From NCBI GenBank assembly GCA_038890875.1, contig JAWAFA010000001.1:863-64862 (forward strand): a stretch of 64,000 bases of DNA, written 5' to 3'. Position 1 is the stretch's first letter. The number at the start of each line of letters is the position of its first letter. Made by a program: the position numbers and the translations under genes. Below, piece after piece: positions 1 through 9,113 of this stretch. The notes beneath the pieces were generated by a model, which was not told the DNA's origin, did not search any database, and worked only from the letters and a program-made list of their open reading frames with translations. Source of the stretch: Candidatus Pacearchaeota archaeon (lineage in GTDB: Archaea; Nanobdellota; Nanobdellia; Pacearchaeales; JAPDKA01).

Positions 1-867
1 TATTTCAAGAATGCCAGGCTCTGCTTGCAAATTTAAAACATCGATACTTAAAGGGATTGTATAAGTATCACCAAGAAATTCTTCACCAAAACCTTCTCTT
101 ATTATTATATAATTTGTACTAATTGTTAAAATATTATCCCGCTTGCTTATTTGTAAAAGCTCTATACTTACAGGTGTGCCATTTATATTTATGCTATTCT
201 CAACAATCTCAGCATCATAGCCAGGAGGGATTTCATAGACAAACGGCATATCTGCATTTACACTTACTTCCATCTCTTCAACAATTGCAAAGCCGATAAG
301 AGTTTTAAGTGCCGAAATAAAGTAAATGAAGCTTAAAGGGTTTATAGGATAAAAAATTGAAAATCCACTTATGCTTTTTATTGGCATGCTTTCATTTATA
401 GCTGGAATTTCGCTTTGATTTGTTTCATTTGTTGTTTCATTGGTTTGAGTTTGATTTGTTATCTCAAAGGTCCTTATCTTAAAACTTATTGTAGGTTTTT
501 CTATGTGCTTTCCTGCTTTACCAAGACCATCTCCAGAACCAGCAAGCGTGCTATTTTCAAGATAAAAAGCCCCATAACCAAGCGGGTAATCTACAGTGCT
601 TAGGTCTAACCATTCTTTAAGAAGCATATTTTTAGATTGACTACCAAGGCTTATCAGAACAAGAGTATCAAAAGGTAAAAGCTCTCCTTCCCTCAGGCTT
701 AGTTCATAGACGCCTCCTATAGTTTCATTTTCTGCATAACTTGTTTTATTTAAAAGAATAGTAAGTCCCGTAATCTCTGGTTCATTTAACACTAACAATA
801 TAATTATAAAAATTAAGACAAGTAATGCTATAGAAATTAATACAAATGAAACACCTTTTTTATTCAT
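1..867 (-). CDS. secreted/membrane-anchored surface protein, 3'-partial (runs off window start)
   Basis: Not in the ORF track because the stop lies outside the window. Reverse-strand frame is open from the ATG at 867-865 through position 1 (289 codons, no stop; checked by hand). N-terminus MNKKGVSFVLISIALLVLIFIIILLV is a signal/anchor. Many N-x-S/T sequons (NKTSY, NQTQTNETTNET). Confidence 0.5.
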   Translation of the reverse strand, partial: MNKKGVSFVLISIALLVLIFIIILLVLNEPEITGLTILLNKTSYAENETIGGVYELSLREGELLPFDTLVLISLGSQSKNMLLKEWLDLSTVDYPLGYGAFYLENSTLAGSGDGLGKAGKHIEKPTISFKIRTFEITNQTQTNETTNETNQSEIPAINESMPIKSISGFSIFYPINPLSFIYFISALKTLIGFAIVEEMEVSVNADMPFVYEIPPGYDAEIVENSININGTPVSIELLQISKRDNILTISTNYIIIREGFGEEFLGDTYTIPLSIDVLNLQAEPGILEI

Positions 868-969
868 TTTATTCGTTTTTAATTTTATAGTAGTCTAATT
901 TTTAAACCTTTCTAGATAACTAATCAAAGATAATTAGATTAGAGATAATTAGAAATAAGATAAGAAAAG

Positions 970-1812
970 TTATATCATAAATCGTTCTTTCATAAAAAGC
1001 ATGTATAATAAAGCCTTGAAAGGATGAAGAAAAAGAAAGTTTAATAAGAAAACGAGTGGGCTAAGCCAGATTAATGATAATAGCAAACCAAATACGAACC
1101 AACCAACATCAACAATTAAATTTAAAGCCAAGAATGACCAATAGTTTTTATAAACTTGTCTTATTGAAAGGCTGATACTTTTCAATATTTTTTTATCGTA
1201 AAAAACAAGTACATAAGGTATTGGCAAAATGAATAGATACAACAAATAGCCAATAATCCCTAAAAGGATAATAACTAAAATTATTAACCATAAAATGCCT
1301 TTTGTTAATGTAATTAAACCAATGCTAATCGCTAAGTAAATTATACCCAAAATTCCTTGAAATACTTTCACTCCAATCCATTTCAACCAATATTTACTAT
1401 ACTTAAAAGAATTTTTTAAATGATTCTTAAAACCTTTTTCCATTTTTTTATTAACAATATCCCTAGCAAAGACAAGTGTGCTCGAGATAAAAAAAGAATA
1501 AATGAGGCCGCCTACTATAATAAAAATAAAGGTAACAATTAAGAGTTTTATAATAAATGGAAACAAAGATATATCTGGCATTCCAGTTAATGATTTACCT
1601 TGACTAATTAAATTTATTTCGTTTATATCATTCTTGTTTACAACAACGAAAGTGATAAGAGTGATCAAACCAAGAAGAGTAACGATCAATAACCAAATTA
1701 ACATTGGCAAAGCAACATATAAATGCTTAAAATAGCTAGTAAAGGAGTCTGAAATCAATGTGAAAACCTTCCTCTTTTTTTGTTTTTCCATCATTATCTT
1801 TATTTTTAGCAT
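970..1812 (-). CDS. polytopic membrane protein, unknown function
   Basis: 280-aa ORF with multiple long hydrophobic segments. No recognisable motif. Confidence 0.4.
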   Translation of the reverse strand: MLKIKIMMEKQKKRKVFTLISDSFTSYFKHLYVALPMLIWLLIVTLLGLITLITFVVVNKNDINEINLISQGKSLTGMPDISLFPFIIKLLIVTFIFIIVGGLIYSFFISSTLVFARDIVNKKMEKGFKNHLKNSFKYSKYWLKWIGVKVFQGILGIIYLAISIGLITLTKGILWLIILVIILLGIIGYLLYLFILPIPYVLVFYDKKILKSISLSIRQVYKNYWSFLALNLIVDVGWFVFGLLLSLIWLSPLVFLLNFLFLHPFKALLYMLFMKERFMI

Positions 1813-1890
1813 TTTTAAACTTTTTTTCTTTCAAGTTTTAGTTTTACAAAAAGAAAGAAAAGTTTTTAATATTGTAAAATTTTTATTGAA

Positions 1891-2235
1891 ATGGAAACTA
1901 TGAATGAGATTGTTAGTTTTGAGGAATGGAAGAAGCTAGAGTTAAAGGTTGGGAGAATAATTTCAGTTAGTGATCATCCAAAAGCAGATAGGCTCTATAT
2001 CTTGAAAGTTGATCTAGGTGACAAGCAGGTTGGTTTAGTTGCTGGATTAAAACAGAGCTATAAACCAGAGGAACTAAAAGATAAGCTTTGTATTGTTTTT
2101 ACAAATCTTGAGCCAGCAGTAATAAGAGGTGTTAAAAGTGAGGGAATGATTCTTGCAGCTGTTAATAAAAATAGAAGCAAGATTATTTTGATTGGGCCTG
2201 AAAAAGAAATAGAACTTGGGAGTGTTATTGAATAA
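1891..2235 (+). CDS. tRNA-binding domain protein (Trbp111/CsaA/EMAP-II-like OB fold)
   Basis: VSFEEWKKLELKVGRI...KADRLYILKVDLGD...EGMILAA resembles the myf/Trbp111 tRNA-binding OB domain. Sits directly upstream of ProRS. Confidence 0.6.
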   Translation: METMNEIVSFEEWKKLELKVGRIISVSDHPKADRLYILKVDLGDKQVGLVAGLKQSYKPEELKDKLCIVFTNLEPAVIRGVKSEGMILAAVNKNRSKIILIGPEKEIELGSVIE

Positions 2236-2238
2236 AAA

Positions 2239-3699
2239 ATGGCCAAAACAAAAGAAGGTAAAAAAGATAAAAAAGATCTCGGAGTTACTGCTGAAAAAGA
2301 TAATTTTAGTGAATGGTTTACTGAACTTATGTTAAAAGCTGATCTTGCTGATTACAGTGAAGTTTCTGGATGCATGATTTTCAAACCATCAAGTTACGAA
2401 ATATGGGAAAAAATAAAGCAATTGTGCGATGAAAGGTTTAGGAAGATTGGGATAAGGAATTGTTATTTCCCTTTGTTCATTCCTGAAAAACTTTTTGAAA
2501 AGGAAAAAGAGCACATTGCTAGTTTTAGCCCAGAGGTAGCTTGGGTTACTTATGGAGGAAGTTCCAAACTTAAAGAAAGGCTTGCTATTAGACCAACATC
2601 AGAAACGATTATGTATGCTGCCTATGCAAAATGGATTAGAAGCTGGCGCGATCTTCCACTCCGTTTAAATCAATGGAATAATGCTGTAAGATGGGAATTC
2701 AAGCATCCTGTGCCTTTTTTCAGAACCAGAGAGTTTTTATGGAATGAGTTACATACTGTTTTGGCAAGCGAAGAAGAAGCACTTGAAGAGGGTAAAAAAC
2801 TACTAAAGATTTATCTTGATGTTTGTGAAAATTTTTTAGCTCTTTATGGGATAGTTGGGAAAAAAACTGAACAAGAAAAATTCGGTGGGGCTGTCGCCAG
2901 CTGGAAGATTCATTATATTCTACCAAATGGTAAAGTAATAGAAGGACCATGCTTTCACTATGATGGCCAAAACTTTGCTAGGGCTTTTGGGATAAAATTT
3001 CTTAACAAAGATGGCAAGCAACAATATGCTTATCAAAATACTTATGCTATCTCAACAAGAATGCTAGGAGCAATGTTTGCTATTCATGCTGATGACAAAG
3101 GCTTAGTCTTGCCACCAAGACTCGCACCAAATAAAATTGTTATTGTCCCAATATTTTTTAATGAAAAAGAGAAGGAGGATGTAATAAAAAAAGCTAGAGA
3201 AATCGCTAATATGCTGGTTAAATTTAATGCTTTTGTCGACTTACGTGATAATACCCCTGGATTTAAATTTAATGATTGGGAGCTTAAGGGCGTACCTTTA
3301 AGGATAGAGATAGGACCAAAGGATATAAAAAACAATCAGGTAGTAGTTGTGAGACGCGATAATGGAAAGAAAGAACAAGTAAAAATTTTTGAATTAGTTA
3401 AAAAGGTTACCTTACTACTTAATGAGATACAGAAAGATTTATTTGAGCGCTCTAAGAAGATGTTTAAAGAGAAGGTTGTTGAAGTAAAAAGTATTGATGA
3501 GTTAGTTAAAGTAGTAAAGGAGAAAAAAGTCGGGATAATAAGCTTGTGTCGAAATCCAGAATGTGAAGGAAAACTGAAAGAAACAACAAATGGAATAAAG
3601 GCTGTTTGTATAATTGAAGAGAAAAAAATCACAGATGAAAGATGTCTTATTTGTAAAAAGAAAGCTGATTATTTTGTGCTCGCTGGAAAGACTTATTAA
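2239..3699 (+). CDS. proS: prolyl-tRNA synthetase, archaeal/eukaryotic type
   Basis: 486 aa with class II aaRS motifs. Anticodon-binding and C-terminal zinc-binding domain end in the conserved terminal Tyr (…AGKTY) typical of archaeal-type ProRS. Confidence 0.9.
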   Translation: MAKTKEGKKDKKDLGVTAEKDNFSEWFTELMLKADLADYSEVSGCMIFKPSSYEIWEKIKQLCDERFRKIGIRNCYFPLFIPEKLFEKEKEHIASFSPEVAWVTYGGSSKLKERLAIRPTSETIMYAAYAKWIRSWRDLPLRLNQWNNAVRWEFKHPVPFFRTREFLWNELHTVLASEEEALEEGKKLLKIYLDVCENFLALYGIVGKKTEQEKFGGAVASWKIHYILPNGKVIEGPCFHYDGQNFARAFGIKFLNKDGKQQYAYQNTYAISTRMLGAMFAIHADDKGLVLPPRLAPNKIVIVPIFFNEKEKEDVIKKAREIANMLVKFNAFVDLRDNTPGFKFNDWELKGVPLRIEIGPKDIKNNQVVVVRRDNGKKEQVKIFELVKKVTLLLNEIQKDLFERSKKMFKEKVVEVKSIDELVKVVKEKKVGIISLCRNPECEGKLKETTNGIKAVCIIEEKKITDERCLICKKKADYFVLAGKTY

Positions 3700-3714
3700 A
3701 AACTTTTGATTTGA

Positions 3715-3975
3715 TTAGGAATATTTGATTTTTTTACCATCACCATACCGACTAACTATATACTCTAAGTCACTAATAACATTTTTTGGAAGGTTTTCTA
3801 CTATTATTGTATCGCCATTTTTTGCCATTGTTATTACTCTATCTACTAAAGATAAATAATTGTATCTTCTTCCATTCGGCGCACCATCTTTTATTACTTC
3901 GTAATATTTATCACCAAAGATATTTTCAATCTGCCTTATTCTATAAATCCCGATTTTATTTTTTCTGTATGGCAT
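3715..3975 (-). CDS. small hypothetical protein (86 aa from internal Met)
   Basis: The 139-aa ORF 3715..4134 reads through tRNA-Val at its N-terminus. The first Met downstream of the tRNA (MPYRKNKIGIYRIRQ…) gives an 86-aa product. No recognised domain. Confidence 0.3.
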   Translation of the reverse strand: MPYRKNKIGIYRIRQIENIFGDKYYEVIKDGAPNGRRYNYLSLVDRVITMAKNGDTIIVENLPKNVISDLEYIVSRYGDGKKIKYS

Positions 3976-4009
3976 TTGACAATATAAAATAATCAATTTA
4001 AAAATTTTA

Positions 4010-4082
4010 TGGCCCTGGCAGGATTCGAACCTGCGACCTTCGCTATGTGAAAGCGACGTCCTTACCACTAGACCACAGGGCC
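4010..4082 (-). tRNA. tRNA-Val (anticodon CAC)
   Basis: Reverse complement GGCCCTGTGGTCTAGTGGTAAGGACGTCGCTTTCACATAGCGAAGGTCGCAGGTTCGAATCCTGCCAGGGCCA folds as a cloverleaf. Acceptor GGCCCTG/CAGGGCC, anticodon stem TCGCT/AGCGA, loop TTCACAT, T-loop GGTTCGAATCC. No encoded CCA. Confidence 0.8.
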
Positions 4083-4121
4083 ATTTTAATAAAGTGTTCT
4101 TAGTTAAAAAATTTATCTTGT

Positions 4122-4868
4122 TTACTCTTGCCAAATAAGGATATTTCCTCTCCCACGTTTTATCTTTTTTACTTTGCCTTCTTCCTCCAGTTCAGAAATA
4201 AGCAAGCTTAGTTTAGCCTCACCCACTCCAAGTTTTTTTCTTAAATCTTTTTGCAGCATTCTTTTTTCCTTCTCCAAAATCCGTGATACTTCAAGTTTGA
4301 ATTTGTCAGGAGCATGCAAAAGCTCCTCAATTTTTTTCTCTTTTTTTACTTTTATTTTTTTCTTCTTTTTCTTCTTTCTTTTAAATATAAGCATTATGGC
4401 TAAAATTAAAACTAAAATAATAAGGCCAATAATGAGCCACAGATACCATGTATTCTTTTCTTCAGGGAATACACTTATTATGTCAAGTATCTCATTGAGT
4501 TCAGTATCATTGGCAAATAATTCTTCACTTGTCTCAAATAAAATCAAATCAATTCGATAATCTCCTTCTTTATCTATCTTTATTAGCTCACTGTCAGTAT
4601 ATAATATGTCTTTTTTGTAAAGTGCTTCAAGCAAATAGGTTCCTAGTGGCACATCAAAGCTATAGTTACCTTGCACTATTGCTCTCTGTTCAGGTGTCGT
4701 GTTTATCTTTACTATAGCACCTTGCACAAGGCGTAATTCTGCATCATAAATGTTACCATAAATTTTAGCTGCAGAAACGATTGGGATAATTGTTATTAAT
4801 GTAAATATTACTAAAGTTATTATTGAATTTGCTATTAGATTGATTTTTCTTAAATTTTTTTTATTCAT
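4122..4868 (-). CDS. membrane-tethered winged-helix transcription regulator (extracellular CarbopepD_reg-like domain + TM + poly-Lys + C-terminal wHTH)
   Basis: N-terminal signal anchor, then a ~100-aa beta-rich domain (GNIYDAELRLVQGAIVKI…GNYSFDVPLGTYLL). TM helix (WYLWLIIGLIILVLILAIMLIF), KKKKKKKKIKVKKEKK, then a MarR/TrmB-like wHTH (SRILEKEKRMLQKDLRKKLGVGEAKLSLLISELEEEGKV). Confidence 0.5.
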   Translation of the reverse strand: MNKKNLRKINLIANSIITLVIFTLITIIPIVSAAKIYGNIYDAELRLVQGAIVKINTTPEQRAIVQGNYSFDVPLGTYLLEALYKKDILYTDSELIKIDKEGDYRIDLILFETSEELFANDTELNEILDIISVFPEEKNTWYLWLIIGLIILVLILAIMLIFKRKKKKKKKIKVKKEKKIEELLHAPDKFKLEVSRILEKEKRMLQKDLRKKLGVGEAKLSLLISELEEEGKVKKIKRGRGNILIWQE

Positions 4869-4915
4869 TTCTTATATATTTTCATTTCCTATATTAATAT
4901 CCTATATTAATATTT
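4868..4915. promoter_or_regulatory. AT-rich divergent promoter region with direct repeat cctatattaatat x2
   Basis: ttcatttcctatattaatatcctatattaatattttgc immediately upstream of the wHTH-membrane gene start. TATA-like. Confidence 0.3.
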
Positions 4916-5049
4916 TGCTATTTTATATATTATTTTGTTATTTAAACTGTTGCACAAACTTTATAATACTTTCTCAAATTTTAAAGAAATAAAGCTTAAA
5001 AAAGCAATTTTTAGTATTTCTAAAAAAGTTTATTTTTAAACTATATTTT

Positions 5050-5754
5050 TTGCCTATCTTTATGAAAATCGAAAATAAATATGAAAAAATCCAATCATTT
5101 GCAAGCAAATCTGCAAGCAATTTGACAAGCAAAATAAGTAAGATGGAAAGAAAGGAAGAGGTAGAAATATCTTTAGAAGAAGCTATAAGATATGAGCTAG
5201 AATCGCTAGAATCAAATGGATTTTACAAATGGGCTTATGAAATAGAAAATGCTCATAGTATTTATGTTATACTAACAAAAAAAGATGATAATAAGAATAA
5301 AGCACAAACATTTGGTGAATTGTTAAATAATAAAGAAGAAATAATTTGCATTAATAAAAATGAAATTTGGTTGGATCAATCAAAATACAAGATAACATAT
5401 AATGAAAAGATTTCAATAATAAAGGATAGTTTAGAAGAAAGAGCGATAAAGTATACATTAAAACAAAAGTTAGACCAAGGGCAATTAGATGGATGCATTT
5501 ATGCTTATGAAATCGATAGATTTTCTAATATATTAGTTATATTAACCAAGAAAGATAATGCTAAGACATTCGATGAGTTATTTAAGAATAAAGAAAGAAC
5601 AATTATTGTTCCAAAAGAATATCATAAAATTTGGTTATCTAAATTAAATCATCAATATAAGATAAAATCAAGCGAGAAAATTTTCATATTAAATGACACA
5701 AATAAAGATATAAATGAATTTTTCATAATAAACAAAAATTTTTATACTAAATAA
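5050..5754 (+). CDS. hypothetical protein with internal tandem domain duplication
   Basis: Two ~90-aa repeats: …YKWAYEIENAHSIYVILTKKDDNKNKAQTFGELLNNKEE… and …CIYAYEIDRFSNILVILTKKDNAKTFDELFKNKERT…. Confidence 0.45.
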   Translation: MPIFMKIENKYEKIQSFASKSASNLTSKISKMERKEEVEISLEEAIRYELESLESNGFYKWAYEIENAHSIYVILTKKDDNKNKAQTFGELLNNKEEIICINKNEIWLDQSKYKITYNEKISIIKDSLEERAIKYTLKQKLDQGQLDGCIYAYEIDRFSNILVILTKKDNAKTFDELFKNKERTIIVPKEYHKIWLSKLNHQYKIKSSEKIFILNDTNKDINEFFIINKNFYTK

Positions 5755-5784
5755 ATATAAAAATAAATATAAAAATAAATAAAA

Positions 5785-6828
5785 ATGAAAACCAAAATAA
5801 TAGCCAGCCTTGTTATGACTGTCTTTTTACTTAGTGTTTTGAGTATTGCTAGCGAAGCACGAATGAGGGGGGATATAGAGAATGCTACAGAGATGGTAAA
5901 AACAAGAAGTATTGAAAAAGTGAAGGAATATATTAGGGCAGGAGATATAGAAAGCATAAAAGATCAGGTTAAAGCTTGCCAAGAAAATATAACTGAAGAA
6001 TGCCAAGCGATCAGAGTTGAAGCGCTTAGCTTTGTGAAGAACAGATTTGTTAGTATGATAGATACAAGTATTGAAAGACTTGAAAAAGTAAAAGAGATAG
6101 TTGAAAAAAGTAAAAAATATAGTGAGGAAGAAAAAGCAGGAATATTGAAAAGTATTGATGAAGCTATCGCCAATCTCAGGGCTTTAAAAGAGCGAGCTCC
6201 TGAGCTCAGCGCATCTGAGTTAAAAGAGGAAATAAAAAGGTATAGGGCACAAAGAGAGCTCTTCCAAGACAAAACAAAGCTTGAAATTGAAAAAGTAAAG
6301 GCTGAAAGAATTGGCTTGATTGTCGAGAAAGCTGAGGCACTTGTTGCTAAGCTTAACAAATTCCTTGAAAAATATAATGTAAGCGAGGAAGAGAAAGCTG
6401 AGTTAAGCGCAAAAATAGATGAATTTAATAAGCTAATTGAAGCCGCAAAGAAAAATAAAGAAGAGGCGATGCAGCTTTGGCTAGGTTTGAAACAAAGATT
6501 GAAAACAAAGAACGCGACTGCACAAGAGATAAGAGAAACAATAAGAGCAGTTCATGAAAAGTTGGAAGAAGCTAAAAAAAATCTAAAAGAAGCAAAAGAA
6601 GTTTTGAAAGAGATAGTTTTTGAGGTTAAGGGGATAGAACAGATAAGTAAGGAAGAAAGAGAAAAAAGTAAAGAGAAAAATGAAACTAAAGAAAATGAAA
6701 CTGAAGCTGAGCAAGGGAATGAGACTCAGGTAGAAGTAGAGGTTGAGCCAAAGAATGAAACTGTTGAACAAGAAATTGAAGAACAAAGTGCAGAAAACCA
6801 GACAGAAGATCAAAATCAAACACAATAA
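5785..6828 (+). CDS. secreted coiled-coil protein with acidic N-x-T-rich C-terminal tail
   Basis: Signal peptide MKTKIIASLVMTVFLLSVLSIASEA, long heptad-like K/E-rich helices, C-terminal NETKENETEAEQGNETQVEVEVEPKNETVEQE. Confidence 0.5.
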   Translation: MKTKIIASLVMTVFLLSVLSIASEARMRGDIENATEMVKTRSIEKVKEYIRAGDIESIKDQVKACQENITEECQAIRVEALSFVKNRFVSMIDTSIERLEKVKEIVEKSKKYSEEEKAGILKSIDEAIANLRALKERAPELSASELKEEIKRYRAQRELFQDKTKLEIEKVKAERIGLIVEKAEALVAKLNKFLEKYNVSEEEKAELSAKIDEFNKLIEAAKKNKEEAMQLWLGLKQRLKTKNATAQEIRETIRAVHEKLEEAKKNLKEAKEVLKEIVFEVKGIEQISKEEREKSKEKNETKENETEAEQGNETQVEVEVEPKNETVEQEIEEQSAENQTEDQNQTQ

Positions 6829-6883
6829 CAAGGCAAAAATTTAAAAATATAAAAAGTTAGAAAAAAATAGAAAAAGTGAAAAA

Positions 6884-7096
6884 ATGAAAAAAACTATTTT
6901 GATTTTATTTTTTCTTTTTTTATTTTTTGGTCTACTATTTGTTTTCGGCTGCAAGAAAGCTGAAAAAGAAGTTACAGGAGAGACTATCAATGCAAGCAGT
7001 GAAGAGATAACTTCATTGATCAATAGTATTGATGAACTTGATTTACAGATAGATCTTGGCAATGAGAGTATGAGTGAAGAAGAAGGGATTTTATAA
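6884..7096 (+). CDS. small secreted lipoprotein-like protein
   Basis: Hydrophobic signal followed by a lipobox-like VFGC. Confidence 0.35.
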   Translation: MKKTILILFFLFLFFGLLFVFGCKKAEKEVTGETINASSEEITSLINSIDELDLQIDLGNESMSEEEGIL

Positions 7097-7145
7097 GAGC
7101 TTATTTAAGTATTTAAGTTAAGCTTATTTAGGCTATTTTTTATTT

Positions 7146-7808
7146 TTATTTTTCTAAAGCCTGCCTATGATAACCAGCTCCTTTCTTTTCTATACCTTTT
7201 GTCTTTACTTCATGTATCTTTTCAACAGGAGCTTTTTTTGTTTCTTCTTTTTCTTTTTCAATTTCTTTAGCCATTTCTTTTTTCTTTTCTTCCTCTTCTT
7301 TCTTTTTCTCAATAGCCTCTGCTTTTTCTTTAGCTTTTTTTTCCTTTTCTTTTGATACTTTTTCGAATTCTTCTCTTCTTGCCTTTTTCTCTCTCAAAAA
7401 TTCTTCTACTTTTTCAAGAAAGTTAGGAGGAAGGTTAGTTTTTATTCCTAGCTCTTGAGCTTTCTTAAAAATTTCAACCTTTTTTTTCATTCCAAGATTG
7501 CCATTAATAATAGCAAGATCATCTTTACTAAGTTTACTGAGCTCTTCAAGAGTTGAAACATAGACTGGTTTTAAATTACCAATAAATCCTCTAATTGATT
7601 TAGGACTTCCATAGCCAATTTCAGGCCTGCTAGGCTTTCCTTTTCTCTGCTCCCTTATTTTGTTATGCCTACCTTTGGCTCTTCTCCAAACTTGCAATTT
7701 TTTCCTTCCTCTTCCAACTCTTGATCGTTTATGCCAATCACTCCGCAAATAAACAGGCTTTCTTGCTTTTTTTTCCTCTCTATTTTTTAATGCTTTTTCG
7801 ACCTCCAT
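7146..7808 (-). CDS. rpl32e: ribosomal protein L32e with long K/E-rich C-terminal extension
   Basis: RSDWHKRSRVGRGRKKLQVWRRAKGRHNKIREQRKGKPSRPEIGYGSPKSIRG matches the L32e core. Position immediately after L6, as in archaeal operons. The ~90-aa KEKEKKAKEK tail is atypical. Confidence 0.7.
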   Translation of the reverse strand: MEVEKALKNREEKKARKPVYLRSDWHKRSRVGRGRKKLQVWRRAKGRHNKIREQRKGKPSRPEIGYGSPKSIRGFIGNLKPVYVSTLEELSKLSKDDLAIINGNLGMKKKVEIFKKAQELGIKTNLPPNFLEKVEEFLREKKARREEFEKVSKEKEKKAKEKAEAIEKKKEEEEKKKEMAKEIEKEKEETKKAPVEKIHEVKTKGIEKKGAGYHRQALEK

Positions 7809-7822
7809 TTGCTATCTTTAAC

Positions 7823-8383
7823 TCAAATTTTCTTTCCTGCTTTTTCTATTATCCAAATTCCATCTTGAAAAATTCGCCGATCTTTCTCTGTTATTCTCGT
7901 CGCATTTTCTATAAGCGCTGCTTGTTTTCCGGCAAGCTCTTTATCATAGCTCCTAACCTCTATGATATTTCCCTTTATTTCTACATTAACATTATCAAAT
8001 ATTTTAACATATCTCGGCATTTTTTCGCCAAAAAAATTCTTTATTATTAATTGCTTAGTTTTGTTATCAATGCTAACTGAGATAGGAAAATGGCTATAAC
8101 ATATTTCAAGCTTATAAACCCATGGTTCTTTTAATCCCTTAACCATATTTTTTATATGGCTCGTGATCGTTTTTATAAGTCTTTTCTCTTTTTTTGTGCC
8201 ATCTTTAGCAGAAATAACTAAAAAATTGTCCTTTTTCTCCAAAGAGATTTTTTCTCCGAGTTTAAATTCTCGTTCAAGTTTTGTTTTATTGGCAGAGAGT
8301 TTGATATTAACACTATTCATTCTTCTTTCTATTTCAGCAGTTATTCCCTCAATAGGAATTTTTTCTATTAAATCCTTTTTCAT
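7823..8383 (-). CDS. rpl6: ribosomal protein L6
   Basis: …KGNIIEVRSYDKELAGKQAALIENATRITEKDRRIFQDGIWI… is the L6 signature. Start set at the internal Met to remove overlap with S8. Confidence 0.85.
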   Translation of the reverse strand: MKKDLIEKIPIEGITAEIERRMNSVNIKLSANKTKLEREFKLGEKISLEKKDNFLVISAKDGTKKEKRLIKTITSHIKNMVKGLKEPWVYKLEICYSHFPISVSIDNKTKQLIIKNFFGEKMPRYVKIFDNVNVEIKGNIIEVRSYDKELAGKQAALIENATRITEKDRRIFQDGIWIIEKAGKKI

Positions 8384-8397
8384 TTTCAATTTTTTAT

Positions 8398-8790
8398 TTA
8401 AAAACAATAAGCTATTAAACAACCACCTAATCCTTTCTCTATAGCTTCATTATGGGTCATTATTCCTTTATTTGTCGAGACTATTAAAATTCCCATGCTT
8501 CGAGAGGGGAGATATCTTTGGATATATTTATCAAGAAATTTGTGCCTAAAAACAAGCCTCGGTTTAATTGCTTTGCATTCATGTAATCTTTTTCCTAGCT
8601 TTATTTCAGCCACGCGATAATTTTTTTCATTACTTATTTTAATTTCTTCAAGATAGTTATGTTTTTTCATTAGTTCAAATACCGAGAGCATGAGATTATT
8701 AACTGGAGCCACTTTTATTTCATATTCCCCCCTCCTCAAGCAATTCATAAAACTATTCAAAGCATTTCCCAACCATTCCCTAACTACCAT
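8398..8790 (-). CDS. rps8: ribosomal protein S8
   Basis: 130 aa, NLMLSVFELMKKHNYLEE…GILIVSTNKGIMTHNEAIEKGLGGCLIAYCF. Confidence 0.85.
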   Translation of the reverse strand: MVVREWLGNALNSFMNCLRRGEYEIKVAPVNNLMLSVFELMKKHNYLEEIKISNEKNYRVAEIKLGKRLHECKAIKPRLVFRHKFLDKYIQRYLPSRSMGILIVSTNKGIMTHNEAIEKGLGGCLIAYCF

Positions 8791-8841
8791 TTTAAATTTT
8801 ATTATTTATATTTTATTATTTATATTTAATTTAAATTCTAT

Positions 8842-9072
8842 TTAACCATATTTTTTAAATCCAATTTGTTCTGCTATTTCGCGAAAACATTGGCGGCATA
8901 AGTTTAGGTTATACTTATGGATATGGGCCCCAAACCTACCGCATCGAGAGCATTTAAAGACAGCCACCCCAAACTTTCGTTCTTTTGGTTTGTTATATTT
9001 ATAAAAGCGTCTAAGCAATTGTGGCTTAGCATTCAATTGCTTCAATAAATTTTTCCAATCACTTGCTGCCAT
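8842..9072 (-). CDS. rps14: ribosomal protein S14 (zinc-binding type, S29e)
   Basis: CSRCGRFGAHIHKYNLNLCRQCFRE C4 zinc motif, in S14 operon position. Confidence 0.85.
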   Translation of the reverse strand: MAASDWKNLLKQLNAKPQLLRRFYKYNKPKERKFGVAVFKCSRCGRFGAHIHKYNLNLCRQCFREIAEQIGFKKYG

Positions 9073-9113
9073 ATAGCTTACTATCTCTTATATTTTTAAA
9101 ACCTTTCGTTATT

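Noticed and set aside
2058-3632. Antisense/alternate-frame ORFs inside the tRNA-binding-domain gene and proS (2058..2246, 2720..2950, 3084..3335, 3336..3632)
   Set aside because: They lie within and opposite well-supported genes and have low-complexity S/F/L-rich composition typical of AT-rich antisense frames.
3715-4134. 139-aa ORF spanning tRNA-Val
   Set aside because: Residues 20-45 (WPCGLVVRTSLSHSEGRRFESCQGH) are a straight translation of the tRNA gene. Only the part after the internal Met at 3975 is retained, as a low-confidence CDS.
7167-7355. Poly-Phe 62-aa ORF (+)
   Set aside because: Antisense of the K/E-rich tail of L32e (AAA/GAA → TTT/TTC). Not a gene.
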